From Eledone cirrhosa (taxonomy: Eukaryota), in NCBI GenBank assembly GCA_964016885.1, contig OZ024756.1:22630001-22694000 (forward strand): a DNA stretch of 64,000 nt. The letters are read 5' to 3'. A model generated the notes under the pieces. The model had not been told where the DNA came from. It was given only the letters and a program-made list of their open reading frames with translations, and ran no database searches. Below are positions 41,523-55,677 of this stretch, piece by piece; within the stretch, counting starts at the first letter, position 1; every line of letters begins with the position of its first letter. The position numbers were made by a program, and so were the translations under genes.

Positions 41523-43092
41523 AGAGAGAGTGAGAGAGACTGTTTGTGTATGTAAGATATAGAATGAAAAAGATTGAATGAGGTCTTATTTGTAAATAAA
41601 TACGGTTGCTATTTCTGTGAACCGTATTAATCATCAAGGAAATCAGTTGTGTAGCTTTTTTAGACAGTAATAACCCCAGCCAGCTTAACTAACATAGCTT
41701 CCTAGTTTCCTTGTTATCTACTTGTATTCTAACCAAATAAAAATTAATTGTATTCCTTGAACGTCAGGAACGGAGAAGCTCTGCATGATTTGGTGTAAAA
41801 TTTATATGCAAAGATTGAGTTTTTTTCCCAATTAAATTGTTTGTGTTGATGGTGGTGTTGCTGGTAGTAGTGGTTTTGTTTGTTGTTGTTGCTGGTGTTG
41901 TTGGTAGTGGTCGTTTTGTTTGTTGTTCCTAGTAGTGGTGTTGCTGGTAGTCGTCTCAGTTTTTGTTTTTCAATGATATGCTTCGTGTTTTTGTTATATA
42001 TATATATATATATTTGCTTTGTTTTCACTTGTTGTTTGTGTTACTTTGTGTGTGTGTGTACGTCTGTGTGTGTATGTGTGCGTGTGTGTGTGTTGTGTGT
42101 ATGCATGTTTGTTTAAATGCGAATATTATATGTGTCTGCTTGTATGTTTCTCTTTGCGTGTTTCTGTTCGCGTGTGTTCGTGTATACATATTCAATAATC
42201 TCTGTTAATGTATATGTCTCAATGTCATACGTTGGTGTATGTATGTGTGCTTTTGTGTGTGAATCTTGCTGTGTGCCAGTCTATATGTGTGTTTTTGTGT
42301 GTTTGTTTATGTGTGCATATTGGCTGGTGTATGTGTGTGTTAAAGTGTGTTTATTTGTGGGAATTTGTTTTTATTTGCGTATGTTTGTATCAGTTATATT
42401 TGTGTGTTTGTGAGAGAGAGTACGTGCGAGTGTGTATGCGTGTGAATATGTGTGCATCCTTGTAGATATTTATAATTTTATTGTATTCTTTATTGCAATT
42501 AACCAGAGTAAGTGGCCGATGCGTAACAACAGTAACAACAGTAACAACAACACTGCCATCAACATAAATGAAGAAAATCAAATGAACATCTCTAAATCAC
42601 AAAGAATCTGTTCATAATGAAAACTGAAGTCCTTAAACCAAACAGTACACTTCTGACGCAAAACGAGATTTAGAAAAACTAAGTAACAATACACAAACCA
42701 ATGTAGCATCAACAACAGCAAGAAATACAGTGAAAGAAACTAAGAGTATTAGGTTGTCCAACAACACCACAACAGCATCAATATGGCCTCTGAAAAATAA
42801 AGCTAGCGCTTCCTGCTCAAGAAGTAGACTACGTTAGAATATCACAAGTGTTATTATTTTCTGTTTGTTTTTTGTTTTTGTTATACTGGTTTCAATCATT
42901 AGACCACGGCCCCTTTTTCAGCACTGTCATCATGGGATTTAGTCAATCATATCGAATGATTTATTCCGGACATCCACAGTTGTCTCCCTCACATCGATCT
43001 ATTGTGGGTTTACCTCCCCCAGGGGAAGTGAGTGCTGTCTGCACATGCGTATTCATACGGTTGTTTTTCCTTTTCCGTACAACTTCATTTAG

Positions 43093-43135
43093 ACCGAGCT
43101 GAAGATCCGAAAAAGGTGAAACATTTGTTCTCGGT
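43093..43135 (+). ncRNA. Minimal type I hammerhead motif (same family as 3341-3380)
   Basis: ACCGAG-CTGAAGA-tcc gaaaaa ggt-GAAAC ATTT GTT^-CTCGGT. Confidence 0.68.
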
Positions 43136-43163
43136 GTGGTGAACTAACTGTTGTGGAACTACT

Positions 43164-43317
<154 letters not shown>

Positions 43318-43826
43318 TATATATAGATATAGATATATATATATCAGAATGGATACAGTAAAAACTAGTTAGACCATTTCTCACCAGATTACTCGATACT
43401 TGGTACGAATCTAGCCGTTGAAACGGCAGGAGCTCAGCCGCCGGGGTCCCGAATTTTTCACATATATATATATATATATAATTGCCTGGAGGTTATCGAT
43501 CTGTCCAGTTCGTTTGTCTACCAGCATATCAGGAAATTATTACACATGTTCTATGTATTTTGTCTGAGGAGAATATGTTTTGCTTTATGTTATACATAAG
43601 ACATTGCATCTTCAAAATATATATAATGACATACATAGAAGAGGTAAAATAGTAAAAGAGAATATATATATATATATATTAAAAATAATAATAAATGTAA
43701 AGACTAAAATCCAAAGACAGCTCGATAAGGATAAATATATATCAAATATATAATAACCCTAGAGCAGAAGATCCTGTTAAGGGTGAAAGCAGCGATTCTT
43801 TGCTTAAACTTTAATCTGTTAATTTA

Positions 43827-43935
<109 letters not shown>

Positions 43936-45067
43936 GACACACGACGGGCTTCCGCCCACCAAAGCTGGTCGTCATGAGGCAATAATAGAAGAACCTTGCA
44001 CGAAACACGACACAACAGGACTGAACGGTACTACCACAAATATGTATAAACATTAAGTCCGCCGTTAATATCTAGCATGCAATTTCACGGACAAACATAA
44101 ACGGGGAATTAAACATTAACATGATCTCCATTAAGGAGGAATATTCCAAAGGGGCACCCACACTATATTATTTAGTCTGCAACAAATTCCTTTAACCACC
44201 ATGGTAAATTACACGCGGACATAATTGCTATTGGAGCACAAGCAACTATATCTTTAGATGGACTATCACAAATTCTACGATGTAGATGTTAAATAAGTAG
44301 AAACACATCTTTTGATAGTGCATGGATTAACTAGAGAGCATAAGAAAATTTATTCCGGTTTTAGTGATACAGGAATAGATTCCTTTCTCTATCTCCTGCT
44401 CTTAGACAATCTAATCTTTGCAAAGACGTGCCAAGCAAAATTCTTCTGAATTCGATAGTTTGTTTACGTGTAATCCTTGCTTGCCACAGATGGTGTTGGT
44501 GAAACAAAACTACTGGTAATTTTAGGATGTTTTGTCCACTTGAAAACAAACCGTACGCACGTGGGCATTATTGTCCACATAGCTTACAATTCAAGCTGAT
44601 GCCACTTATTTGTCAAAATGCCATCTTTCTCACAGTTATGTTTGTTTACGAATTCCCGCTAATATGTGTTACTCTTTAGTTGTATTGTTTCGTTTTGTTT
44701 TGATTTAGCGTTCTCTATTGTCTTCAACTCACGATTTTAGCGACCATTGTTTTTCTGGCAGTTAGCCATATAAGGTTAAATGCAAACAAGATTACATTAA
44801 AATAAATGACAAATTGAGATGCTCCATCGCCATAACAGCAATGTCTAACGTATTATCGAAGGTTTGACTGAAGAAAACACTAAGCAAAAAATGTTTTTTT
44901 CTTCGGTTACACTTGGAAAAAATCCAAATTCTATGGCCTGTCTGCGCATGTCAAATAAATGATTATAATAAGAACAATAATGATATTAATTGGCATTGCC
45001 TGACGCATATACCCACACATTATATATATATGTGTGTGTATATGTGTGTGTGTGTATGTGTGTGTAT

Positions 45068-45204
45068 ACCGGGTTCAATCGGAGGTAACCACAGTAAGGT
45101 ACTCAATAGATAGCAGAGTATAAATATTTAATATAGAAATGACTTCTACAGGTCTAGAACTGAGAATTTCCTTCGAATGAAACAGTTCTAATCCTGTAGA
45201 AGCC

Positions 45205-45208
<4 letters not shown>
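45068..45208. mobile_element. Palindromic element, family B
   Basis: Matches 35863-36010. Confidence 0.75.
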
Positions 45209-45271
<63 letters not shown>

Positions 45272-45275
<4 letters not shown>

Positions 45276-45471
45276 GGACAGCTGAAATGTTCATAGGCTA
45301 AATGTGAAGGATTGATGGTAGAGCTGTGGAATGTTGAATGCATTGATTTCGAATTTTCAGATTAATAACCGAATTGTTTCTTTCCAGGGACTATGTTGAA
45401 AAATATAACTTATACAAATATTCCGTTAAAAAAACCTTGGTCAGCCTTTGATCTTTTCCGCCGACCCTCGA
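45272..45471. mobile_element. Diverged mariner-like MITE
   Basis: TGAGGGACAGCTGAAATGTTCATAGGCT ... AGCCTTTGATCTTTTCCGCCGACCCTCG imperfect terminal inverted repeats. Confidence 0.55.
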
Positions 45472-45489
45472 TTATACAGACATACACAT

Positions 45490-45550
<61 letters not shown>

Positions 45551-45859
45551 ACCTTAAGTTGCTCGGACATTGCTCGGTTTGTTGTTTTTTTTCGCTGTTT
45601 TCTCTTTTCTTCCCTTTTCCCTTCTATTTTCCTTCCCTCCCTCCTCCGTTTTCTCAATAACTTACCTAGTTATTGAACGCTCTGGGGGGGGGGGGGTAGA
45701 TATATTGTCTTTAAAGCGTTGAAATATCCGAGACCCCCAGGAGACAACTGATGAGGAAAACTACTCCCACCCCCCACCCCCCGTTCTTGCTTTCTTCCTA
45801 TTCTCATTCTAATGTTAAGCCTACCTTAACTAACATCTACACAGCCAACCCTATTCTCC

Positions 45860-45890
<31 letters not shown>

Positions 45891-45978
45891 TACATCACCA
45901 CTATCAAAAGTGAAAATAAATATACACACAACTGTTTGGGTTATTTTTCGTCTGTTTTTTTTGTTTGTTTTTTTTTTG

Positions 45979-46009
<31 letters not shown>

Positions 46010-46621
46010 TGTTTTGTTTTCTAGTTTCCATTGAAAATACGTATGTTTTTATGTTGTTGTTTTATCACATTCACACACATGGCGCTACACTGAGGAGATG
46101 AAATAAAGGAAGAAAGGAAAAAGAAGGAAAGAAAGAAAAAAGAAAAAAGAAAGAAAGATATATAATGTAAAAACAAAAAACGACATCAAACAGAAACGAG
46201 GAATTATTACAGAAGAAAAAGATCCAGATAAATAATGAGCAGGTGAAAGAAAGGGAAATGAAGGGGAGATAAGTGAAAATATAAAAAATGTCGGCTTTAC
46301 TGCTGTCATTTACATAGAATAGATGGTGAGTATCTATAGACTATTATTAGTTCTCATATTTGAAATCATTTCCGCTTTGAAAATGAGTTTTTAAATGACG
46401 AGATTGATAGAGAAATATTTCTAGCAATTGTATATCCATAAATAGACTTAGTCTATTGCAGGCATACTTTAAATTAACAGCCAATTACCAGCACTTGAGA
46501 GGAAATTTTTTTTTATTTTGTGTTCATTAAAACATTTTCCTCCCTATCGCATTTGGCCCTTGTGGCCAATATAAGAAATATTTATATTCGTTAATTCTTT
46601 TTCTCACTATCATCATCCTTA

Positions 46622-46683
<62 letters not shown>

Positions 46684-46689
46684 GTTGTT

Positions 46690-46851
46690 ATTCCTTGAAT
46701 CTCAGTCATTGATGTTGGTTAACTGGAAAGTCCGTTGGAATGAATATCAAGCCACTACCTGCAGCCTCAGATATTCAGGACGTATCGGAGGGTTCTTGCT
46801 GTTCCAAGCAAGCATGCCTTTTGAAGCGTTCCAAAAAGCGTGAAGGGGCCG

Positions 46852-46852
<1 letters not shown>
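46690..46852 (-). mobile_element. R4/Dong-like LINE 3' fragment in (TAA)n, second copy
   Basis: Matches 11150-11300 and is flanked by (TTA)n. Confidence 0.8.
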
Positions 46853-46911
<59 letters not shown>

Positions 46912-46924
46912 GGGCGGTAGTGAA

Positions 46925-47130
46925 GGTACGTGGCTGAGTAGTTAGAGAATTGGATTCGCAATCATGAGATTGTGAGTTCGATTCCTGGACCGGAAGATGC
47001 GTTATGTCCTTGAGCAAGATTCTTTATTTCACGTTGCTCCTTCTACCTGGAGTTGTGACTGATAGATAGTATTCGCAAGTGGAAAGACCAACGGAACATT
47101 GTTTCCTTGATCTGATTTGACGAAAGTCGA
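46925..47130 (+). mobile_element. SINE family 2 variant (another copy on the minus strand at 56460-56665)
   Basis: GTGGCTGAGTAGTTAGAG...GAGTTCGATTCCTGG...TTTATTTCACGTTGCTCCTTCTAC. Confidence 0.75.
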
Positions 47131-47144
47131 TGGTGTGTGTGTGT

Positions 47145-47201
<57 letters not shown>

Positions 47202-47207
47202 ACAACA

Positions 47208-47710
47208 GATTGGCAGTATCGCTAGAGCATCAGACGCCATGCTTTGATCTGAGTTCAAATCCCACCGAGGTTAGCTTTGCATTTCATCCTTATGGAGTCT
47301 ATAAAATAAAGCACCAGTAACACACTGGGGTCGATTTAATCGACTTTCCCCTTTCCCCAAATTGCTGACCTTGTGACTATAGTAGTTGTTAAATGATAGT
47401 AAATAAAATCTTGAGACGGCGAATTGGCAGAGTCGTTAGAACGTCGGATAGAATGATTTGCGGTAATTGTTTCGGCTCACTGCATTTAAATCTCGACATG
47501 GTCAAATTTGCCTTTCAACCATTCCCGGTACTAGTCAAGTTCTGGGGTCAATTCTTCCTCTATATCTCTTTGTCATTTCCTCTCTATCACTCTCTATCCT
47601 TCTCTGGAAAAATCTGCTGTATTCAGATAAGGAGAGGATTCGGCCTCGCCAGATATCAAATTGCTCTAGATACGCCGTATGTCAATACGTCGCCACTATG
47701 ACTCCCTCAA
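47208..47710 (+). mobile_element. Two SINE family 1 variants
   Basis: Heads at ~47208 and ~47417. Confidence 0.7.
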
Positions 47711-47897
47711 GAGCTATGGGTTCATGCATGCAAATAAAAGCTTTTGAAACTGTAAGCTTCTGTGTCTTATTCTACTTAAACAGCCACATATTGTGACAGC
47801 AGTCTAAGCTGAGATGTCTTGTGATAGTAAACTGTACATCTGTTCATATTTGCAATGTTCTTCAAATATGTGACGGCTGGTTAAGCCCACCTAAGGA

Positions 47898-48152
47898 AAA
47901 CAAATATGTATGTAAGTATGTAACAAATATGTATGAAAGTATGTAACACATATGTATGTAAGTATGTAACAAATATGTATGAAAGTATGTAGCAAATATG
48001 TATGAAAGTATGTAACAAATATGTATGAAAGTATGTAACAAATATGTATGTAAGTATGTAACAAATATGTATGTAAGTATGTAACAAATATGTATGTAAG
48101 TATGTAACAAATATGTATGTAAGTATGTAACAAATATGTATGAAAGTATGTA
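47898..48152. repeat. 23-bp minisatellite
   Basis: Unit AACAAATATGTATG(T/A)AAGTATGT. Confidence 0.92.
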
Positions 48153-48387
48153 TGTTCTTCTGGTTTTATAATTTTATAAATGTTTACCAATACAGAGAGA
48201 GTCGGTTTCTAACATAGACACAAGACTCTTTCATTGGAATTTAGACAACATCAACTAGGTAGATATGTATAAATGTCTGCGTGCATGTGTGTGCAGATAT
48301 GGATGTTAATGTATGTGTGGATGTGTATGTTTTGAATTATATGTGTGCATGTGCATATACTTTGTATCTGTAGATGTGTACATGCAG

Positions 48388-48645
48388 TTATTACGTGCAG
48401 AACTTTTGGAATGTTTTACATACTTTTACTGTTCCATTAATTGGTGGTACTTGTAATTTCCTATCTAGTTGTAGTCTTTCTTTTTCTGTGAAAAGATTTG
48501 TACTGAAGCAGTTTCTAACATATCCCAGGGTCCCAATAATCACAGGCATAAATCTGAAGGTATAGTCAGGGTGACGTACCTGCAGAATTCTCATTAGTTC
48601 TGCTTGCATTTTATTGGGGTTTGGACTGGAACATTCCACCAGTAC
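48388..48645 (-). pseudogene. Decayed REL-endonuclease LINE C-terminal fragment
   Basis: ELMRILQVRHPDYTFRFMPVIIGTLGYV...LQVPPINGTVKVCKTF resembles the P-x-I-I-G-x-L-G end of R4/NeSL-type ORFs. Confidence 0.55.
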
Positions 48646-49498
48646 TCTTTTATATTACGTATATGTACGTCTTCCACATTGCCGTAACTTTTAATGTGTG
48701 TATATATGCATGTATGTATGCAGGGTGATATTTGGGAACCCTGCGGCATGAAATACAAGACACGGCAAAGGGCTGAAGAACAGAGCAGAGTTAACGGGTA
48801 GTATTTCTTTTTTTCTTTTTTTTCACCTGGGAGTCAAAGGCCCCCAGTTGTTGTCACAACATCTTTCTAGAAGAGGGAAACTCTGAAAATAAACCTGCGA
48901 CTTCGGAAGTATCCTATGATGTTGACCAGTTATCCTTTTCGGGTAGTGTTTTCGATGTTCAGAGAGTGGGATTGGTTGAGTGCAAGGCCATTCCCCACTT
49001 AAAAAACCTTCAAAGCACAGGCATTGCTTGTTCAAGATATGTGACAGGTTCGTGTGGCTGGCCATAGCCTAAAAGTGCACCAAACTCTAAAATCTGACAA
49101 GCGATTGCAATACTCTGAGCAGAGTTTGCAGCCATCATGTATGAATAAATAAATGAAGTCAAGGTCACATCATTCTCCTAAACATTGAATGAAATTAATT
49201 TTTTGCAACGCAAATCATATGCCGGGAAACGTAAATTCATATCTTTTCACACACACACATATATATATATATATATAACCTGATTGTATTTTCGTCGTTG
49301 TGGTGGCTTCTGTGGCTTTGTCCCCTTAACCAGTTTTCAATTTTTCACGCTATTTAACGTATGTATATTACTCTAAGATGTAACTTATCGATTTATCGAT
49401 ATCTTCTTATTGAGTGTTTCGTGCAAAGCTCCAAATATTGTTTTTTTTCGTGGATGCTGGCCGAGCGCCGCAACGTCAATTTTACTATCTTCCACTCT

Positions 49499-49554
<56 letters not shown>

Positions 49555-49621
49555 GGACACAATAAATATATATATAGCCAGAACATAATATATATATATA
49601 TATATAAAATACGTAGTTTAG

Positions 49622-49864
49622 TAGTTTAGAAAGCCACAACAATGCAGATGGGAAATCTCGAGGTAGGAAGTGAATGATAGATAGGAGGAATAGGAGAAAG
49701 TGAAAATTGAGAGAGACAAAATTTAGTCTCTCTCAATTTCCACTTTCTCCTATTCCTCCTATCTATCATTCACTTCCTACCTCGAGATTTCCCATCTGCA
49801 TTGTTGTGCTTTCTAAACTACGTATTTTACACATTTCACAATGCTTCAAGCAAACTTTAACACC

Positions 49865-49868
<4 letters not shown>
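49622..49868. repeat. Near-perfect hairpin insertion in (TA)n
   Basis: Arms of ~95 bp (49621-49717 and 49726-49821) around an 8-bp loop. Confidence 0.85.
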
Positions 49869-49939
<71 letters not shown>

Positions 49940-49983
49940 CGGCGAAACATAAGTCAATTGCATGAACTCATAATCCTTTATTT

Positions 49984-50039
49984 ACTGCTATATATATTTC
50001 GATGATAGCCATTGAATGGCTATGACCTCATCAGGCAGT
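49984..50039 (-). ncRNA. Type I hammerhead motif
   Basis: The minus strand reads ACTGC-CTGATGA-ggtcATAGCCA ttcaa TGGCTATcatc-GAAA TATATA TA^-GCAGT, then AAATAAA. Confidence 0.72.
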
Positions 50040-50340
50040 TAGTCAGTTCTTAGATATGCTAGCTCTGTGTTTATAGTGTTGATGGTATCAGAGCCTTGGG
50101 GCATATGAGCTTGTTAGGAATAAATTAATGTTGTCAGCAGGAATAGTCTTGATTCTCATTGGTCAGTTTGTAGATATATATTGTGTCCTGGGTATGACAT
50201 TAAACTGTATCCAGTGGCAAGGCTCCAGTTCGGGAGTTGAGGAGCTCTGGGGAATGTGGAGTTACCCCTTAGTTGTTATCACTCCCAGGTCTGCTCTGGC
50301 TCGGAATAGTAGTAACTGTTAGGATGCCATTTATGGATTA

Positions 50341-50504
50341 AATAATTGTTTCTACTTTAGGCACAAGGCCAGTAATTACCCAGTGCATTACTGGTACTTT
50401 ATTTTATCGACCCCGTAAGGATGAAAGGCAAAGTCAACCTCGGCGGGATTTGAACTCAGATCGTAAAGGGACGTAACTATGCTGGAAAGCATGGCGTCCG
50501 ACCC
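50341..50504 (-). mobile_element. SINE family 1
   Basis: Near-identical to 55478-55640. Confidence 0.85.
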
Positions 50505-50847
50505 TTAATAACTTTATTCGAGTGGCGCCGGTAAGGTATTATCAGCCATTGAAAAGAACCATGAAGATCTCGGGAATTGTACCCCGCCCCCCCCCCCCCC
50601 CTAGAGAAAGATATATTGTGGCAGAGGTATTTACGGGTTTAATCATGGTTAATGATTACTTTTTGCACCTAGTTTAATCCACTTTTGTTAATGGAGTATG
50701 TAAGCTTTGATCAACAAAGACGATGAATGATATTACAAGTTCTAAGAGAGGTAAGTACAACTACATTACTGAATACATATAAATTACTTTTATGTGTACA
50801 CATCGAGAGTTCATTGTTTTACGAAATCACACTTAAGTGCGTATGTG

Positions 50848-50899
<52 letters not shown>

Positions 50900-50922
50900 C
50901 ACATACACACACACTCACTCAC

Positions 50923-50969
<47 letters not shown>

Positions 50970-51075
50970 TATATATATATATTAAGAGGAACAAACGGTA
51001 AGACGATTTACATATATATATGTATATATATATATGTATGTAAGTATATATATATATATATATATATGTATGTAA

Positions 51076-51149
<74 letters not shown>

Positions 51150-51162
51150 GTATATGTATATA

Positions 51163-51239
<77 letters not shown>

Positions 51240-51266
51240 GTAAGTATATACATATATGTATGTAAG

Positions 51267-51460
<194 letters not shown>

Positions 51461-51623
51461 GTTCAAAAGTAAACCAATCTTAAATAGAGAGATAGAAGTA
51501 GAATTAGAGAGATTGGAGACGGTGTTAGAAGCCCAAGCTTAAAAGCGGGTGCTGGATGTGCAATATGTAGTGGAAAGCGTTGGAAAACTGGATTCATGCG
51601 GAGGTTAGGTGTACAAAGCTGGA

Positions 51624-51808
51624 AATATTTAGTATTTAAGCAAATCAAGACCACAAATTCACATAGAAAACATTAGTCACAGAGTATCAATATTAAGTGC
51701 AGTTTAATAAATCCCCTTTCTATATTAAACTGCACTTAATGTTGATACTCTGTGACTAATGTCTTCTATGTGAATTTGTAGTCTTGATTTGCTTAACTAC
51801 TGAATATA
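51624..51808. repeat. Near-perfect hairpin ending in (TA)n
   Basis: Arms of ~85 bp around AATCCCCTTTCTA. Confidence 0.85.
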
Positions 51809-51835
51809 TATATATATATACGTGTGTGTGTGTGT

Positions 51836-51879
<44 letters not shown>

Positions 51880-52423
51880 TAAGGATACTATTTATGCTTA
51901 TGTATATATTTTTGATATTTTTGATATTTGTATTGTAATATTTTTGATATTTTTGGTGTTTCTCTACACAGGGGCTTCTATATTGTACAGGTGTGTGTGT
52001 GAAAAATGCTTTACCAGTACAGCCCCCATGATGCTCTTGATTGCCTGCTTTGACTGCTTGTTTTACATGTAACATTCTGCCGCACTATAATCTTGTATAA
52101 ATAGGACACGCGTGCATGCCTCACGTGTGACTGTTGCATACACTGGCTACTCCAAACTTTCCACTTGCTTTATCTTCGTAAACTGCCAATGTTTTATTTT
52201 AATTTTAATTTTAATTTTAATTTTAATTTTAATTTTAATTTTAATTTTAATTTTAATTTTAACTTTAATTTCGTCCTTTAATATGACTGTAATCTTTGTA
52301 TGTAAATTGCCATGCTGTATTATTATAATGGATGTCAACCCACTGTGGGTCAATATATACATATGTTTCTATATGTCTCTTGTGTTGAAAAGGAGGTCAA
52401 GTATGTAAAAAATCACTGAATAG

Positions 52424-52472
52424 TTGCTCCGAATCATCCAAACCTCGGTTTGGAAGAAACAATTGTAAGCAA
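52424..52472 (+). ncRNA. Decayed hammerhead motif
   Basis: Stem I TTGCT/AGCAA, stem II TCCAAAC/GTTTGGA and GAAAC AATT GTA^ are present, followed by AATAAA and (TA)n. The 5' core is degenerate (CCGAATCA). Confidence 0.55.
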
Positions 52473-52508
52473 ATAAATGATTTATACAGAACTTTAATTC
52501 ATGTAATA

Positions 52509-52612
<104 letters not shown>

Positions 52613-52628
52613 TATATATATATATGTG

Positions 52629-52699
<71 letters not shown>

Positions 52700-52738
52700 C
52701 TATCTATCTATATATATGTGTGTGTGTGTGTATTTATC

Positions 52739-52806
<68 letters not shown>

Positions 52807-52838
52807 GATGTATATATATATGTATGTACATATATGTG

Positions 52839-52869
<31 letters not shown>

Positions 52870-52912
52870 GTATGTATATATATATATACGTATGTATATA
52901 TATATATGTATG

Positions 52913-52943
<31 letters not shown>

Positions 52944-52972
52944 ATATATGTTTTTATTTATATATGTATATG

Positions 52973-53172
52973 NNNNNNNNNNNNNNNNNNNNNNNNNNNN
53001 NNNNNNNNNNNNNNNNNNNNNNNNNNNNNNNNNNNNNNNNNNNNNNNNNNNNNNNNNNNNNNNNNNNNNNNNNNNNNNNNNNNNNNNNNNNNNNNNNNNN
53101 NNNNNNNNNNNNNNNNNNNNNNNNNNNNNNNNNNNNNNNNNNNNNNNNNNNNNNNNNNNNNNNNNNNNNNNN
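52973..53172. other. Assembly gap (200 N) within TA-rich repeat
   Basis: Run of N. Confidence 1.
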
Positions 53173-53220
53173 GAGATACACACACACATATATATATATG
53201 TTTGTATATATATATGTATA

Positions 53221-53275
<55 letters not shown>

Positions 53276-53376
53276 GTTTGTATATATATATACACACATA
53301 TATACACTCTACTTCCTTAAGTATTGAGTACGTTAGTGCGTTATGATCCATCTGGTTCCTTACCACATTTCCTTCG

Positions 53377-53421
<45 letters not shown>

Positions 53422-53427
53422 AGTGTT

Positions 53428-53508
<81 letters not shown>

Positions 53509-54098
53509 CAGGGAGAGAGTGAGAGAGCGTGTCAGAGACAGAGAGAGAGGGTGGACTCATAGGAAAACAGAGAATAATGTCATAAACACATACTTAAATG
53601 ACATTTTCACCTTTATTTTAACAATAATATCTCCGAAATAGACAACAACTGTCTTCCTGTCTATAAAGGAATGTCGTTGGTAATTATTTTGTGGCATTTC
53701 CATGATTAGTGGATGACTTGGCATGATAGATGGAACTATTTTATTGTGGTGTACAGAGTCAATGTCCTCATTTAACATATACATTAGATAAAATGTTATG
53801 AGAAAAAGGAAATCCTTCGTTATAAGATTTTAAGTAATGAGAGAAAGGAAAGCTTATGCCATAAGTTTTTACTGGGCAAACCTAGCTCAGCCTGCAAGAT
53901 GCATAACATATATCATCCAGAGTAACCAGATTCACTATTTAGCCTTAATAAAATCAATATTAAAGCTTTCTTCCTAATTAAATGAAAGAAAATAATCAGT
54001 CTTAACTATCTTCAACATTAAGACCTCCAAGTAAGGCGAGAAAAGGAACAATGGGGTAAAAGAAATAAGCAGGAATGAAATGAATGGCGAATTAAGCG

Positions 54099-54099
<1 letters not shown>

Positions 54100-54129
<30 letters not shown>

Positions 54130-54830
54130 CTTCTTCTTCTTCTTCTTCTTCTTCTTCTTCTTCTTCTTCTTCTTCTTCTTCTTCTCCCACTTATTCCTGA
54201 GAGAGTCGAGGGAAGAGTCCTCAAACATTCCCTCAAGAGGGTCCTGTCAGAAGCCATTGTCTCCAACTGATCCGGCAAAATCCCCAAGCGTGACCAGCCA
54301 AGTTCATGGATGTTATCCAATAATCTTGTTCGAGGTCCGCCCCTGGGTCCTTTACCTCTTGGTTTCGCCCGTAAAATCTGTCCAGCAATTCTCCATGTAG
54401 AGCCGCTACTTCAACAAATTGAGAGATCACAGCTCCGATACTATGGGTATGTGGTTAGAATGTCTCAGGAAAGCATCACTGCACAGATTTGTAGCTCGAA
54501 GATCAGAGAGTCACTCCATGTAGAGCCGTTACTTCTCTGAATTGAGAGATCACAGCTCCTATACTATGGATATGTGGTTAGAATGTCTCAGGAAAGCATC
54601 ACTGCACAGATTTGTAGCTCGGAGATCAGAGAGTCACTCCATGTAGAGCCGTTACTTCTCTGAATTGAGAGATAACAGCTCCGATACTATGGGTATGTGG
54701 TTAGAATGTCTCAGGAAAGCATCACTGCACAGATTTGTAGCTCGGAGATCAGAGAGTCACTCCATGTAGAGCCGTTACTTCTCTGAATTGAGAGATAACA
54801 GCTCCGATACTACGGGCATGTGGTTATAAT
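54100..54830. mobile_element. RTE-like LINE 3' fragment with (GAA)n tail, 5' inversion and 123-bp tandem amplification
   Basis: The minus strand at 54185-54390 reads AGQILRAKPRGKGPRGGPRTRLLDNIHELGW. The plus strand at 54391-54830 carries about 3.6 copies of a 123-bp unit reading LHVEPLLQQIERSQLRYYGYVVRMSQESITAQI. Confidence 0.75.
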
Positions 54831-55443
54831 GAGGCAGCAGAAAACAATTTTTTTTTTTGGCATCATGTCTAGAAGAAAGTCTTTCAACATAGATTTAGCA
54901 TCAATTTTCTAATTTATACATCACGAAAATGAAATGTAATTCACCGAACGGAGATTAACTAAAACAAGGGAGCCAATTTGTTAGCGGGAAAAGGAAATAG
55001 GAAAAAAAAGAAAAGATACTAGGAAGAATATATGTGTGTGTGTGTGTGTCTGTGTATGTATGAGCGTAGCGTATGTGTCTGTGGGTGTGTGTGTGTGTCT
55101 GAATGTGTTTCTCTGTGTGTTTATCTATGTGCGTGTGTTTATCTATGTCTGTGTGTGTATGTGTGTATGTGTGCGTGTAAGCGTATGTGCGTGTGAATGC
55201 ATGTGTGAGTGCCTCTGTGTGTGTGTGTGTGAATGAAAAGGCTCTATGCGTTCAATCGAAGTGCTGGAAACATGAGCTAAATCGCCAGCAATTCACATAT
55301 TAACCTCATAAAAAATGAAATATTGGACAACGTATTCATTGCTGAAAAAATCTGAATTAAAAAATGGAAAGTTTCACATTTGATTATATAACTGGTACAG
55401 AAGATATGATATTCTATGTAACTTAGGTATATTACTTTTGGAT

Positions 55444-55474
<31 letters not shown>

Positions 55475-55476
55475 AG

Positions 55477-55666
55477 ATAATTGTTTCTACTTTAGGCACA
55501 AGGCCAGCAATTATCCAGTGCATTACTGGTACTTTATTTTATCGACCCCGTAAGGATGAAAGGCAAAGTCAACCTCGGCGGGATTTGAACTCAGATCGTA
55601 AAGGGACGTAACTATGCTGGAAAGCATGGCGTCCGACCCTCTACCGATACTGCCAATCCACCGCCC
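55477..55666 (-). mobile_element. SINE family 1, full length
   Basis: Ends in ...TGCCAATCCACCGCCC (the head on the minus strand). Confidence 0.88.
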
Positions 55667-55677
55667 TACCTATATAT

